This document shows, piece by piece, positions 1-8,398 of a stretch of 64,000 nt of DNA (positions within the stretch are counted from its first letter, which is position 1; every line of letters starts with the position of its first letter). The translations under genes were made by a program, and so were the position numbers. The notes under the pieces are model-generated. The model ran no database searches. It was not told the DNA's origin and saw only the letters and a program-made list of their open reading frames with translations. Location of the stretch: positions 32,838 through 96,837 of the forward strand of contig DATNPJ010000027.1 of the NCBI GenBank assembly GCA_036703295.1, given 5' to 3'. Source of the stretch: Coleofasciculaceae cyanobacterium. Its GTDB lineage: Bacteria; Cyanobacteriota; Vampirovibrionia; Vampirovibrionales; Vampirovibrionaceae.

Positions 1-70
1 GGGCGATCGTTACGCATATCTCATGCAGGTCCTGCTGGGCCTGTACAAGACGTGACGGAGGTGATGGCGA

Positions 71-1225
71 ATGTCAGGTGATTCCGGCAGTAAAACCGAA
101 AAGCCAACACCCAAGCGCATCCAAGATGCGCGGGAAAAGGGGCAGGTTTCCAAGAGTTCGGATTTCAACAGTGCCATTGTGCTGATTGCCGCCACCGGGG
201 CCATGGCTTTCGTGGGGCCGTATACGCTCAATACTCTGTATGGGCTGATGCAATACACGTTTTCAAAACTGCTCTCCAGCCCGGAAGCCTTGCGGCCCAT
301 GACCGATACCACCTTCACTGCGATTCTGTCCAGTACGGTCCATTCAATGACTTGGCTGCTTTTGCCCTTGCTGCTCACCGTGATGGTCTTGGGCGTGTTA
401 TCCAATGTGGCGCAGGTCAAACCGCTCTTTGCCATCCAGGCGATTGCGCCCAAGCTGGACAAGCTGAACCCCCTCAGCGGATTCAAGCGCATGTGGTCCC
501 TGCGGTCGGTGATCGAAGTCGTGAAAGCCATCATCAAGATGACGGTCATCGGTGCGTGCGGCTCCGTCATCATCAGCAGTCATATGGGTGAGCTGATGCA
601 GATTGGGGCCATGGAAGTGCCGGTGGCTTGGGGCGTGGTGCTGGGCGTGATTGGGCAAATTGCGCTGTGGTGCTGCATCTGGTTTTTCCTCATGGGGCTG
701 ATTGACTGGCGCTACCAAGCCTGGGAGTTCGAGAAGCAGTTGCGCATGAGCCGCCAGGATATTAAAGACGAGCGCAAAAACCAGGAAGGGGATCCGATGA
801 TGAAGAACCGGATCCGCCAGATGGGGCTTAAATTGGCCCGAACCCGCCAACTGGCCGCAGTGCCGACGGCGGATGTGGTGATCACCAACCCGACTCACTT
901 TGCCATCGCGCTCAAATACGATCCCGATATCGCCCCGGCGCCGGTGGTGGTGGCCAAAGGGAAGGATCTGTTTGCCCAGAAAATCAAAGCCGTCGCCAAG
1001 GAGCACGGCGTGCCCATGGTGGAAAACAAGCCGCTGGCCCGTGCCCTGTATCCGGTGGTGGAAGCCGAGGCCATGGTTCCGCCGGACCTGTTTGTGGCCG
1101 TGGCGGAAGTGCTGGCGTACGTGTTTGCGAAAAACAAGGGCCGTCGGCTGGCTGCCCGCAAGCGGCAAGCCGAGCATGCCGCCAAGAAGGCCCGCGCGAT
1201 TGAAGTACAGGGAGGCTCTGACTGA
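71..1225 (+). CDS. flhB: Flagellar biosynthesis/type III export protein FlhB
   Basis: 384 aa. N-terminus 'EKPTPKRIQDAREKGQV' is the canonical FlhB motif. Four hydrophobic segments then a cytoplasmic domain. Stop overlaps the flhA start (ATGA at 1223-1227). Confidence 0.85.
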   Translation: MSGDSGSKTEKPTPKRIQDAREKGQVSKSSDFNSAIVLIAATGAMAFVGPYTLNTLYGLMQYTFSKLLSSPEALRPMTDTTFTAILSSTVHSMTWLLLPLLLTVMVLGVLSNVAQVKPLFAIQAIAPKLDKLNPLSGFKRMWSLRSVIEVVKAIIKMTVIGACGSVIISSHMGELMQIGAMEVPVAWGVVLGVIGQIALWCCIWFFLMGLIDWRYQAWEFEKQLRMSRQDIKDERKNQEGDPMMKNRIRQMGLKLARTRQLAAVPTADVVITNPTHFAIALKYDPDIAPAPVVVAKGKDLFAQKIKAVAKEHGVPMVENKPLARALYPVVEAEAMVPPDLFVAVAEVLAYVFAKNKGRRLAARKRQAEHAAKKARAIEVQGGSD

Positions 1226-3345
1226 TGGTGCAACCAACCAACTCCCTGCCCAAGCTTCATTGGAAGCAGTTGTTAAAACATAACGACGTGCTGTTGGCCG
1301 TCGGCATCGTGCTGGTAGTGACCATGATGCTGATCCCGCTGCCGGCGATGCTGCTGGATATCCTGTTGACTACCAATATTGCCCTGTCCGTTACCATCCT
1401 GCTCGTCACGTTGTACACCAAAGAGCCGCTCCAGTACTCTACTTTTCCCACCATCCTCCTGTTTTCCACCCTGTTCCGTTTAGGATTGAACGTCAGCACC
1501 ACCCGGTTGGTGCTGTTGTATGGCGATGCGGGGCAGGTGGTGCATGCCTTCGGCAGTTTCGTCATCGGCGGCAACTACGTGGTGGGTTTGCTGATTTTTA
1601 TCATCCTCATCATCATTAACTTTATCGTTATCACCAATGGGGCGGGCCGGGTCTCTGAAGTTGCCGCCCGTTTCACCTTGGACGCCATGCCCGGCAAGCA
1701 GATTGCCATTGACGCGGACCTGAACGCGGGCACCATCGATGAAAAAGAAGCCAAGCGCCGCCGCCAGACCATCCAGCGCGAGGCCGACTTCTACGGGACC
1801 ATGGACGGTGCCAGCAAGTTCGTGAAAGGCGATGCCATTGCCGCCATCATCATCACGGTGATTAACATCGTGGGTGGCTTGATTATCGGGGTGCTCCAGA
1901 TGCAGATGCCCCTGGATGAAGCGGCAGCCACTTTTACTACGCTCTCGGTCGGGGATGGTCTGGTTTCCCAGCTCCCTGCGCTGATTATTTCCGCAGCCAC
2001 CGGCATCCTGGTCACACGGGTCAGCGATACCGAGCTGTCGCTGGGCGATGAGATTGGCGGGCAAATGTTCCAGAATCCCAAGGTTATTGGCATTATGGGG
2101 GGCTTGATGCTGATCATGGGATTGGTGCCGGGCATGCCCAACCTCCCGTTTCTGGCCATTGGCTTGCTGGCCGTGGGCGGCAGCTTCCTGTTGGTGAAGC
2201 GCAGTAAAGAGGCGGCGGAGATGCGCCTAGTGGAGGAGAGCAAGGCCAAGGTCGTGCAAAAAAAGAAAAACACCACCGAAAACGTGCTGGATTTGCTGGC
2301 GGTGGAAACATTGGAGCTGGAAATCGGCTATCGGTTGGTACCGCTGATTGAGGCCGATAGCGGCGGGGACTTGCTGGAGCGCATTTCTCAAATCCGTCGG
2401 CAGGTTGCCCTGGAATTGGGCTTTGTTTTGCCGTCGGTGCGGGTGCGGGACAATCTGCAACTGCCGCCCAACCAGTACAACATCAAGTTGCGCGGGGTGG
2501 TGATTGAAACCGGGGAGGTCATGGCCGACCTGTGGATGGCTATGAGCACGGATCCGGATATCACGGAGCCGATTGAGGGTATCGAGACTCGGGAACCCGC
2601 CTTTGGGCTGCCTGCCTTGTGGATTGGCGCCGACGAGAAGGAAAAGGCGGAGGTTGCCGGTTATACGGTGGTCAGCGCGTCGGCGGTGGTTTCTACGCAT
2701 TTAACCGAAGTCTTCAAGAAGAATTCAGCGGATATTCTCAGCCGCTCCGATGTCCAGAACCTGTTGAACAACGCGAAGAAATCCAACGAATCCCTGGTGA
2801 GCGACCTGGTGCCCGACACGCTGACCGAGGCGGAAGTTCACATTATCTTGCAGAATTTGCTGCGGGAAAAAGTCTCCGTCCGGGATATGGTCAGCATTCT
2901 GGAAGCGATCAGCTACCATTGCCGGGTCAACAAGGATCCGGATTATCTGACGGAGCAGGCCCGCATGGCCCTGTCCCGCAGTATCTGCAAGCAGCATCAG
3001 CACCCGGAAACCGGGGAGCTCCCAGTCGTGACACTAGACCCGGCCATCGAGGAGCAAATTGCCCAGGGCTTGTCGCCGGATGGGCAAACGTTGGCGCTGG
3101 GGCCGGTGTTTACCCAGAAGCTGTTCAACGCGCTGAACCAGGAGATTGAGCGGGTGATTGGCACCCAGGGCGTTCAGCCGGTGGTGTTGTGCAATGCCCG
3201 GCTACGTTTGCCGTTCCGGCGCCTGATTGAACGGATGCTTCCGCAGATTGCGGTCCTGTCCTACAACGAAATCGGCCCCACCGTCCGGGCGACGGCGGTT
3301 GGTGCGATTCGTGTGGAACTGACCCAGATCGGTTTGGAGGCGTAA
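1225..3345 (+). CDS. flhA: Flagellar biosynthesis/type III export protein FlhA
   Basis: 706 aa. N-terminal multi-TM region with FlhA-type conserved stretches ('TLYTKEPLQYSTFPTILL', 'FVKGDAIAAIIIT'), then a large cytoplasmic domain. Immediately follows flhB. Confidence 0.88.
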   Translation: MVQPTNSLPKLHWKQLLKHNDVLLAVGIVLVVTMMLIPLPAMLLDILLTTNIALSVTILLVTLYTKEPLQYSTFPTILLFSTLFRLGLNVSTTRLVLLYGDAGQVVHAFGSFVIGGNYVVGLLIFIILIIINFIVITNGAGRVSEVAARFTLDAMPGKQIAIDADLNAGTIDEKEAKRRRQTIQREADFYGTMDGASKFVKGDAIAAIIITVINIVGGLIIGVLQMQMPLDEAAATFTTLSVGDGLVSQLPALIISAATGILVTRVSDTELSLGDEIGGQMFQNPKVIGIMGGLMLIMGLVPGMPNLPFLAIGLLAVGGSFLLVKRSKEAAEMRLVEESKAKVVQKKKNTTENVLDLLAVETLELEIGYRLVPLIEADSGGDLLERISQIRRQVALELGFVLPSVRVRDNLQLPPNQYNIKLRGVVIETGEVMADLWMAMSTDPDITEPIEGIETREPAFGLPALWIGADEKEKAEVAGYTVVSASAVVSTHLTEVFKKNSADILSRSDVQNLLNNAKKSNESLVSDLVPDTLTEAEVHIILQNLLREKVSVRDMVSILEAISYHCRVNKDPDYLTEQARMALSRSICKQHQHPETGELPVVTLDPAIEEQIAQGLSPDGQTLALGPVFTQKLFNALNQEIERVIGTQGVQPVVLCNARLRLPFRRLIERMLPQIAVLSYNEIGPTVRATAVGAIRVELTQIGLEA

Positions 3346-3450
3346 ATGGGGTTGAGATCTCCTGAACCCCTCTGTTTGGAGGCTGGCGAACTTGCCAAAA
3401 TAGGCGAGGATCAGATTAGTTCAGATTAGTAAGGTATCAGGCAGGTTGCC

Positions 3451-3843
3451 ATGAAATTATCCATCAAACTGGCTGGTTTGTTCGGAAGCGGGGTGTTTAT
3501 TTGCACCGCGCTGCCCGGCTTTTATCAGCAGATCAAGCCTGCCAGCGTGGAATCGATGATTTACGATATGGTTCCGGGTATGGAGATCCTGGAAACGCTT
3601 GGGGTTAGCCTGCTGGGTGCTCTGGTGGCAGGGGGGATCGGCTATAAAATCGGGGATATTTTGTCCAACCCGGCGGGGAATTACCAAAAGCAACGTGGCA
3701 GGGCTCAAAAACAGCCCAAGCAGCATGAACTTCGTCCGGTAACCGGTGAGGAGACTTACCTGGATGATTTAGAATCCGCTCCGTTGTCTCCGGGCACGGA
3801 GGACACATTGTCCATCGAACCATCCCTGCTAGAAGAACCCTGA
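3451..3843 (+). CDS. Hypothetical small membrane protein
   Basis: 130 aa. Two hydrophobic stretches, charged C-terminus. No recognisable family. Ends in the first unit of a 14-nt tandem repeat. Confidence 0.35.
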   Translation: MKLSIKLAGLFGSGVFICTALPGFYQQIKPASVESMIYDMVPGMEILETLGVSLLGALVAGGIGYKIGDILSNPAGNYQKQRGRAQKQPKQHELRPVTGEETYLDDLESAPLSPGTEDTLSIEPSLLEEP

Positions 3844-3879
3844 GTGATGAACCCTGAGTGATGAATCCTGAGCGATAAG
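3838..3879. repeat. 14-nt tandem repeat x3 (ccctgagtgatgaa, third copy degenerate)
   Basis: Direct reading: ccctgagtgatgaa / ccctgagtgatgaa / tcctgagcgataag. First unit contains the stop codon of the 3451-3843 ORF. Confidence 0.6.
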
Positions 3880-3986
3880 GCCCGGTTGTGCGGGATTTTA
3901 TGGGGGGATTCCAGTTCCGTCCACCCATTTCCATCCCATTGCGGATGCTGTCTGCCGGGTTTGTGATGGACTGAAAAGGGCTTTTT

Positions 3987-4015
3987 TTGAGGACCGGCTC
4001 GATTATTGCTATAAT
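3987..4015 (+). promoter_or_regulatory. Candidate sigma70-type promoter (TTGAGG-N17-TATAAT) upstream of the CDF transporter gene
   Basis: TTGAGG at 3987-3992, 17-nt spacer, TATAAT at 4010-4015. Followed by direct repeats GGTCAACC (x2) and GTTTTTGCAG (x2) before the 4165 start. Confidence 0.3.
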
Positions 4016-4164
4016 AGAAAAGACAGTCTAAGTTGGCAGGGTCAACCTGAATTAAAGATTTGGCCCGGTCAACCGATATTGTTTTTGCAGGTTTTTTGAC
4101 CCCGCTGTTTTTTTGAACAGAATGTTGGGGAATCTGCGTTTTTGCAGTTAACCACACAGGTTCC

Positions 4165-6066
4165 ATGGGTACAGTCGAACCTCCCGGTAGTACCATCGCC
4201 GTCAAAACTGAATCTACGCCCACTTACATTGGGCCTAGGTCGCCCGCCTACGAGCACGCTGCGTCGTCGCTATGGGTCGCTTTGGTTGTCAATTTGGTCA
4301 TCGGCGGAATCAAGTTCCTGGCTTGGCTGGTCTCCAGAAGCCCTTCCGTCTTGAGTGAAGCGTTGCACTCTTTGGGCGATGGCGTTAACAGTATTGCACT
4401 GATTGTAGGCAACCACCTTGGTAAGCGTCCGCCGGATCGCACCCACCCCTTTGGTTACGGGTTAGAGGCAAACCTGTGGACCATTCCCGCTTGTGTGCTG
4501 CTGGTGGTGTTTTCCTCCATCGCGATCTGGGAAGGCTGGCATCGGCTGACCGCTGGCGCCCATGTGGAAGCAACCGCCGGCGTACAGCTGTTCGGTATTT
4601 ACTTTCATCCGTACTGGTTTTCAGCCAGTGTCCTGGTGGTCAGCATTATCCTGGAAACTTATGCGGTACGGCGCGCTTCTCGCGCGGTGCTGGAAGAGAT
4701 GGGCATCCAGGCGGAAGGTTTTATCGAAGTCTACCGGCAGGCTTTTGCCAATATCCGCCACGTGGTCGGGCCGACCACCCGTTTTGTCTTCTATGAGGAC
4801 GCGATTGCCTGGCTGGGCGCCTTCCTGGCCTTGGTTGCGGTGAGCGTTTCCTATTTTGCCGTGCAACTGGGCTGGCTGCCGCCCGATTACGCCCATTATC
4901 CCGATGCCATCGTCTCCATCCTCATCGGCTTGATGCTGATTGGAATGGCCATCTATCTTTTCAAGCACAACCGGGGCGTCTTGACCCAAACCGCCGCGCC
5001 CGCGCGCGTCGAAACGCGCATCATGGAACTGGTCACCAGCCTGAACGGGGTTTCCGAGGTGCTGGATCTCAAAACCGTGGATCATGGCCTGGCCGGGTTG
5101 ACGGTTCACCTGAAGGTGGAAGTGGACCCGTACACGCTGGTGAAAGATGTGGACGACCTCACCGAGCGCATCAAGGAGCGCATCCAACGCCGCATCGGCA
5201 ATGTGAGCCAGGTTTTTGTGGAAGTGCTGGCGGATGAGTCCGAGATTGAATGGGGGGAGAAGTTCAACGCCCTGGTGGAGCAAGGGCATTCCGAGGGCGT
5301 GCTGAATGCGCGGGATGTGTTGCTGCTCAAAAACGTTTACGATTTCACTGACAGCACGGCGGCGGACATCATGATTCCCCGCACGGACGTGGAGGCGGTG
5401 GAACTCGATACCCCGCTGACCGAGGTGGCGGATCTCATCATCGAAACCGGCCATTCCAAGTTGCCGGTTTACAAAGAGTACATGGACGACTTGGTGGGCC
5501 TGGTTCATGCCCGCGAAGTGTTTGAGAAAATCCGCCAGGGTCAGCTGGACACACCGCTTTCCGAGATGGTCCGGGAGATTGCCATCTACCCGGAAAACAA
5601 GCCGATCGGCGACCTGCTGGAGGATTTCAAGCGCAACAAGGTTCGAATTGCCGCAGTGGCCGATGAACATGGTGGTTTCGCGGGCCTGGTGACCGTGGAA
5701 GATGTGGTCGAGGAGATCATCGGCGAAATCTGGGATGAGCATGACGAGGAAGAACCCATGCTGGCCTACCTGGATTCCCGCAAGGTCCAGGTTAACGGGC
5801 GGCTGGATATCGAAGACATTAACGAGCAACTGGATTTGAACCTGCCGTTTGATGATTTCAAGACGGTGGGGGGCTATGTCTTTGGGGCGTTGGGCCGCGA
5901 GCCGGAAGTGGGGGACGAGGTGATGTTTGAGGACATCAAATTTACCGTGACGGAAGCCGATGGCCCTCGCATTGTGAGCGTGATGATCGAATCCCCGGTG
6001 CCTTTTATGCCAGAGGTGGAAGAATCCCGCCGCATCAAGGGACATGAAGAGGGCGGTCCGGGTTAA
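4165..6066 (+). CDS. Cation diffusion facilitator (CDF) family transporter fused to a CBS-pair and a CorC_HlyC C-terminal domain
   Basis: 633 aa. N-terminal CDF signature ('HSLGDGVNSIALIVG...RPPDRTHPFGYGLEANLW', six hydrophobic helices). The C-terminal half resembles the CBS pair plus transporter-associated CorC domain. Real start may lie downstream of 4165. Confidence 0.65.
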   Translation: MGTVEPPGSTIAVKTESTPTYIGPRSPAYEHAASSLWVALVVNLVIGGIKFLAWLVSRSPSVLSEALHSLGDGVNSIALIVGNHLGKRPPDRTHPFGYGLEANLWTIPACVLLVVFSSIAIWEGWHRLTAGAHVEATAGVQLFGIYFHPYWFSASVLVVSIILETYAVRRASRAVLEEMGIQAEGFIEVYRQAFANIRHVVGPTTRFVFYEDAIAWLGAFLALVAVSVSYFAVQLGWLPPDYAHYPDAIVSILIGLMLIGMAIYLFKHNRGVLTQTAAPARVETRIMELVTSLNGVSEVLDLKTVDHGLAGLTVHLKVEVDPYTLVKDVDDLTERIKERIQRRIGNVSQVFVEVLADESEIEWGEKFNALVEQGHSEGVLNARDVLLLKNVYDFTDSTAADIMIPRTDVEAVELDTPLTEVADLIIETGHSKLPVYKEYMDDLVGLVHAREVFEKIRQGQLDTPLSEMVREIAIYPENKPIGDLLEDFKRNKVRIAAVADEHGGFAGLVTVEDVVEEIIGEIWDEHDEEEPMLAYLDSRKVQVNGRLDIEDINEQLDLNLPFDDFKTVGGYVFGALGREPEVGDEVMFEDIKFTVTEADGPRIVSVMIESPVPFMPEVEESRRIKGHEEGGPG

Positions 6067-6176
6067 ATTCATGTTCAGGCGCTTTTGCCAGGAATGCAGC
6101 AGCTTGTATGCCGGCAATAATCAGACGGTTGGTTGATTTGCATTTCTTTAAGAATGCTTGTGTGTTCAGTTGAAGT

Positions 6177-7100
6177 ATGAGATTTTATATTGAATTGATC
6201 TGGCTAGATGATCGTGCATCTCTTGTTTCATCGGTTGGGGCCAGGTCTTGGGTGAGTCGTTTTATTGGGTTTCAATACAAGGGTTTCAAGATGACAGAAC
6301 TTCATTTTGGAAGTTGGCGCAGCCTTTTTCAGCGGGAGCAGCCAAAAGTTGAAAGACGCAGAAGGGACAGGCCGGTGGAGATCGTGCCGCGGCTGGAGTC
6401 CTGGGCTGAGAACCGGGTCGACAGCCAGCAAGATCGGGTTGAGTTTCGCCACACGGCGGATGCTGAAGCACTCCCCGATGTTCAGATGATTCAGTCGAAT
6501 CAATCCGTGCCGCTGGGGCTGTTAGTCACGTCCGAATTTGACGGCGACTATGACAAATTGGCCCAGGTGATACGGGCGCAGCTTCCCGATGGACTTGAGA
6601 AACAGCCGGTGTCGCTGTTGCTTCGGACGGGGGGGCATGCTCTAGGATTTGAGTTTAAAAAATTCGCGGAGGCCCTGGGGATTGACGAGCGGCAGGTTGC
6701 GGAGCCAACAGCCTTCGAGTGTCTTCCGAACCGGATTTACGAAGGCGTTTACAACCACTTGGGTCAATCCAGGGAGCATGCTGCCTGGTCGCTGCCCTAT
6801 CATCGAAGACCGCTCGGCCAGGAAGAGAAAGATGAGACCAAATTTCTCCTGAATGAATATCCTCATCTGAAAGCGATGCTGGTACAGACAGAATGGATGG
6901 TCAAGGGTACGCGTGACTGCCCGCAGAAGACATGGCAACAGGGCTCTCGGGAGAATCATTACCCCTATAGCGTTTACTACATGGAAATCTGGCCAGCGGA
7001 CAAGGCTCCCGAAAAATCGGTTAGAGGCTCCCGGCTAAAGGGGCCTGCAAAGATTTTAGAACAGCATGATGCAATGCGTCAGGGGATTCGAGTGCATTGA
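6177..7100 (+). CDS. Hypothetical protein
   Basis: 307 aa ORF, more plausible start at M 'MTELHFGSW' (about 6291). No recognisable motifs. 3' end overlaps convergent tmk by about 80 nt, so the C-terminus may be over-extended. Confidence 0.3.
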   Translation: MRFYIELIWLDDRASLVSSVGARSWVSRFIGFQYKGFKMTELHFGSWRSLFQREQPKVERRRRDRPVEIVPRLESWAENRVDSQQDRVEFRHTADAEALPDVQMIQSNQSVPLGLLVTSEFDGDYDKLAQVIRAQLPDGLEKQPVSLLLRTGGHALGFEFKKFAEALGIDERQVAEPTAFECLPNRIYEGVYNHLGQSREHAAWSLPYHRRPLGQEEKDETKFLLNEYPHLKAMLVQTEWMVKGTRDCPQKTWQQGSRENHYPYSVYYMEIWPADKAPEKSVRGSRLKGPAKILEQHDAMRQGIRVH

Positions 7101-7659
7101 ACACCTGGATTCGCTCCGGGTCCTGTCCTGCCAGGGCGAGGTAGCCCTCACGCACGCGGGTATGAAAATCCAATGCCTCCCCTTCCATGCGGTCGGCCTG
7201 TCCCCGCCGGGTGACCCGCTGGGCCAGCACTTGCGGATCCCCGTCAAACAGCAAGGTCAGGTCGGGCAGCTTGCCCTGGAGGGCAATGCGGTTGAGTTCC
7301 TGGATGGTTTCCAGCGATAAGCCCCGGCCATAGCCCTGGTAGGCTACCGTGGAGTCCATGTGCCGGTCGCAGAGCACGATTTTTCCTTGTTTCAGTGCGG
7401 GGAACACCACTTCGTCCATGTGCTGCGCGCGATCCGAGATGAAGAGCAGCAGTTCGCTGATGGGAAACACCTGCCCCGGATGGTGGAGCAGGATTTGCCG
7501 CAGTTCCAGCCCGAATTCGGTCCCGCCGGGGTTGCGGGTGACCACCACCTGGCGCCCGGATGCCTCCAGGACTTTGGCCAGTAGTTCCAACTGGGTCGAT
7601 TTCCCCGACCCGTCAATACCCTCAAAGGTAATAAACAATCCACGCCGCTGCTCGTTCAT
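7021..7659 (-). CDS. tmk: Thymidylate kinase
   Basis: 212 aa. P-loop 'FITFEGIDGSGKSTQ', 'DRHMDSTVAYQG' DRY-like motif and LID region typical of dTMP kinase. Confidence 0.85.
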   Translation of the reverse strand: MNEQRRGLFITFEGIDGSGKSTQLELLAKVLEASGRQVVVTRNPGGTEFGLELRQILLHHPGQVFPISELLLFISDRAQHMDEVVFPALKQGKIVLCDRHMDSTVAYQGYGRGLSLETIQELNRIALQGKLPDLTLLFDGDPQVLAQRVTRRGQADRMEGEALDFHTRVREGYLALAGQDPERIQVFNALESPDALHHAVLKSLQAPLAGSL

Positions 7660-7830
7660 GCCAACAGCATAGCAAAAAATAGCCCTCGAAGAGGGGCCGT
7701 GAAGAGGTGATGACGCTGAGATTGTGGGTAACGAATTGTTGCGGGGTGTTGTCTGTTGAACAATTAGCCTTCTTCAGGAGGATTATAAAAATGAATTCTC
7801 AATTTCATTTTAGAAAAGGATGGGGTAAAA

Positions 7831-8364
7831 ATGAAAACGAACTTTTTCTCAGCTCCAATTGAAAAGTTACTCACAAGATCTGATATTAATACAGCAATTG
7901 AAAAAGGGGCAGCGAAAGCGCATCAAGAAATCAAAGAAATGGTAGAAAAAACTTGTAACAAATTGGAAATTGAGGTGCCCCCATATCCCTCTCACGGTGT
8001 TGCTCCAGAAGGACTAAAAATAGGAAAATATACCTTTAAAAGGAAGGGGGAGCCTCCTCTCGCTACAGATGTATATATTTCAAGAACAACTCCTTGTTTG
8101 GTGAGTGATGGTGCGGGATGGAAGGAGCAAATACATCAAGCACATGTCAAGTTTAGGACTCCTGATGGTCTGGATGTTTTAAGCAGCACTATTTTAGCTG
8201 AGGATCAGCCATACAGAATTATAAGTTACGGTGTGAGTAATTTTATGAATCCAAGCCGAGCAATACAAGATCAAGCGCAATCTTCTACTCGAGGGATTCG
8301 TTTAGAACAAATAGAAGGTGCAACGAAGATGCTGTTGGATAAAATTAGTAAGCAAGATATCTAA
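7831..8364 (+). CDS. Hypothetical protein (AT-rich ORFan)
   Basis: 177 aa. The gene and flanks (about 7700-8400) are visibly AT-rich relative to neighbours. Lys/Glu-rich N-terminus. No recognisable family. Confidence 0.4.
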   Translation: MKTNFFSAPIEKLLTRSDINTAIEKGAAKAHQEIKEMVEKTCNKLEIEVPPYPSHGVAPEGLKIGKYTFKRKGEPPLATDVYISRTTPCLVSDGAGWKEQIHQAHVKFRTPDGLDVLSSTILAEDQPYRIISYGVSNFMNPSRAIQDQAQSSTRGIRLEQIEGATKMLLDKISKQDI

Positions 8365-8398
8365 TTTTCTTCAGCTCAAAAATTTATCAGGATGAATG

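Noticed and set aside
6177-7100. Genuine 80-nt convergent overlap between the 6177-7100 ORF and tmk
   Set aside because: More likely the hypothetical ORF is over-extended at its 3' end, or is partly spurious. The tmk call is strong, the other is not.
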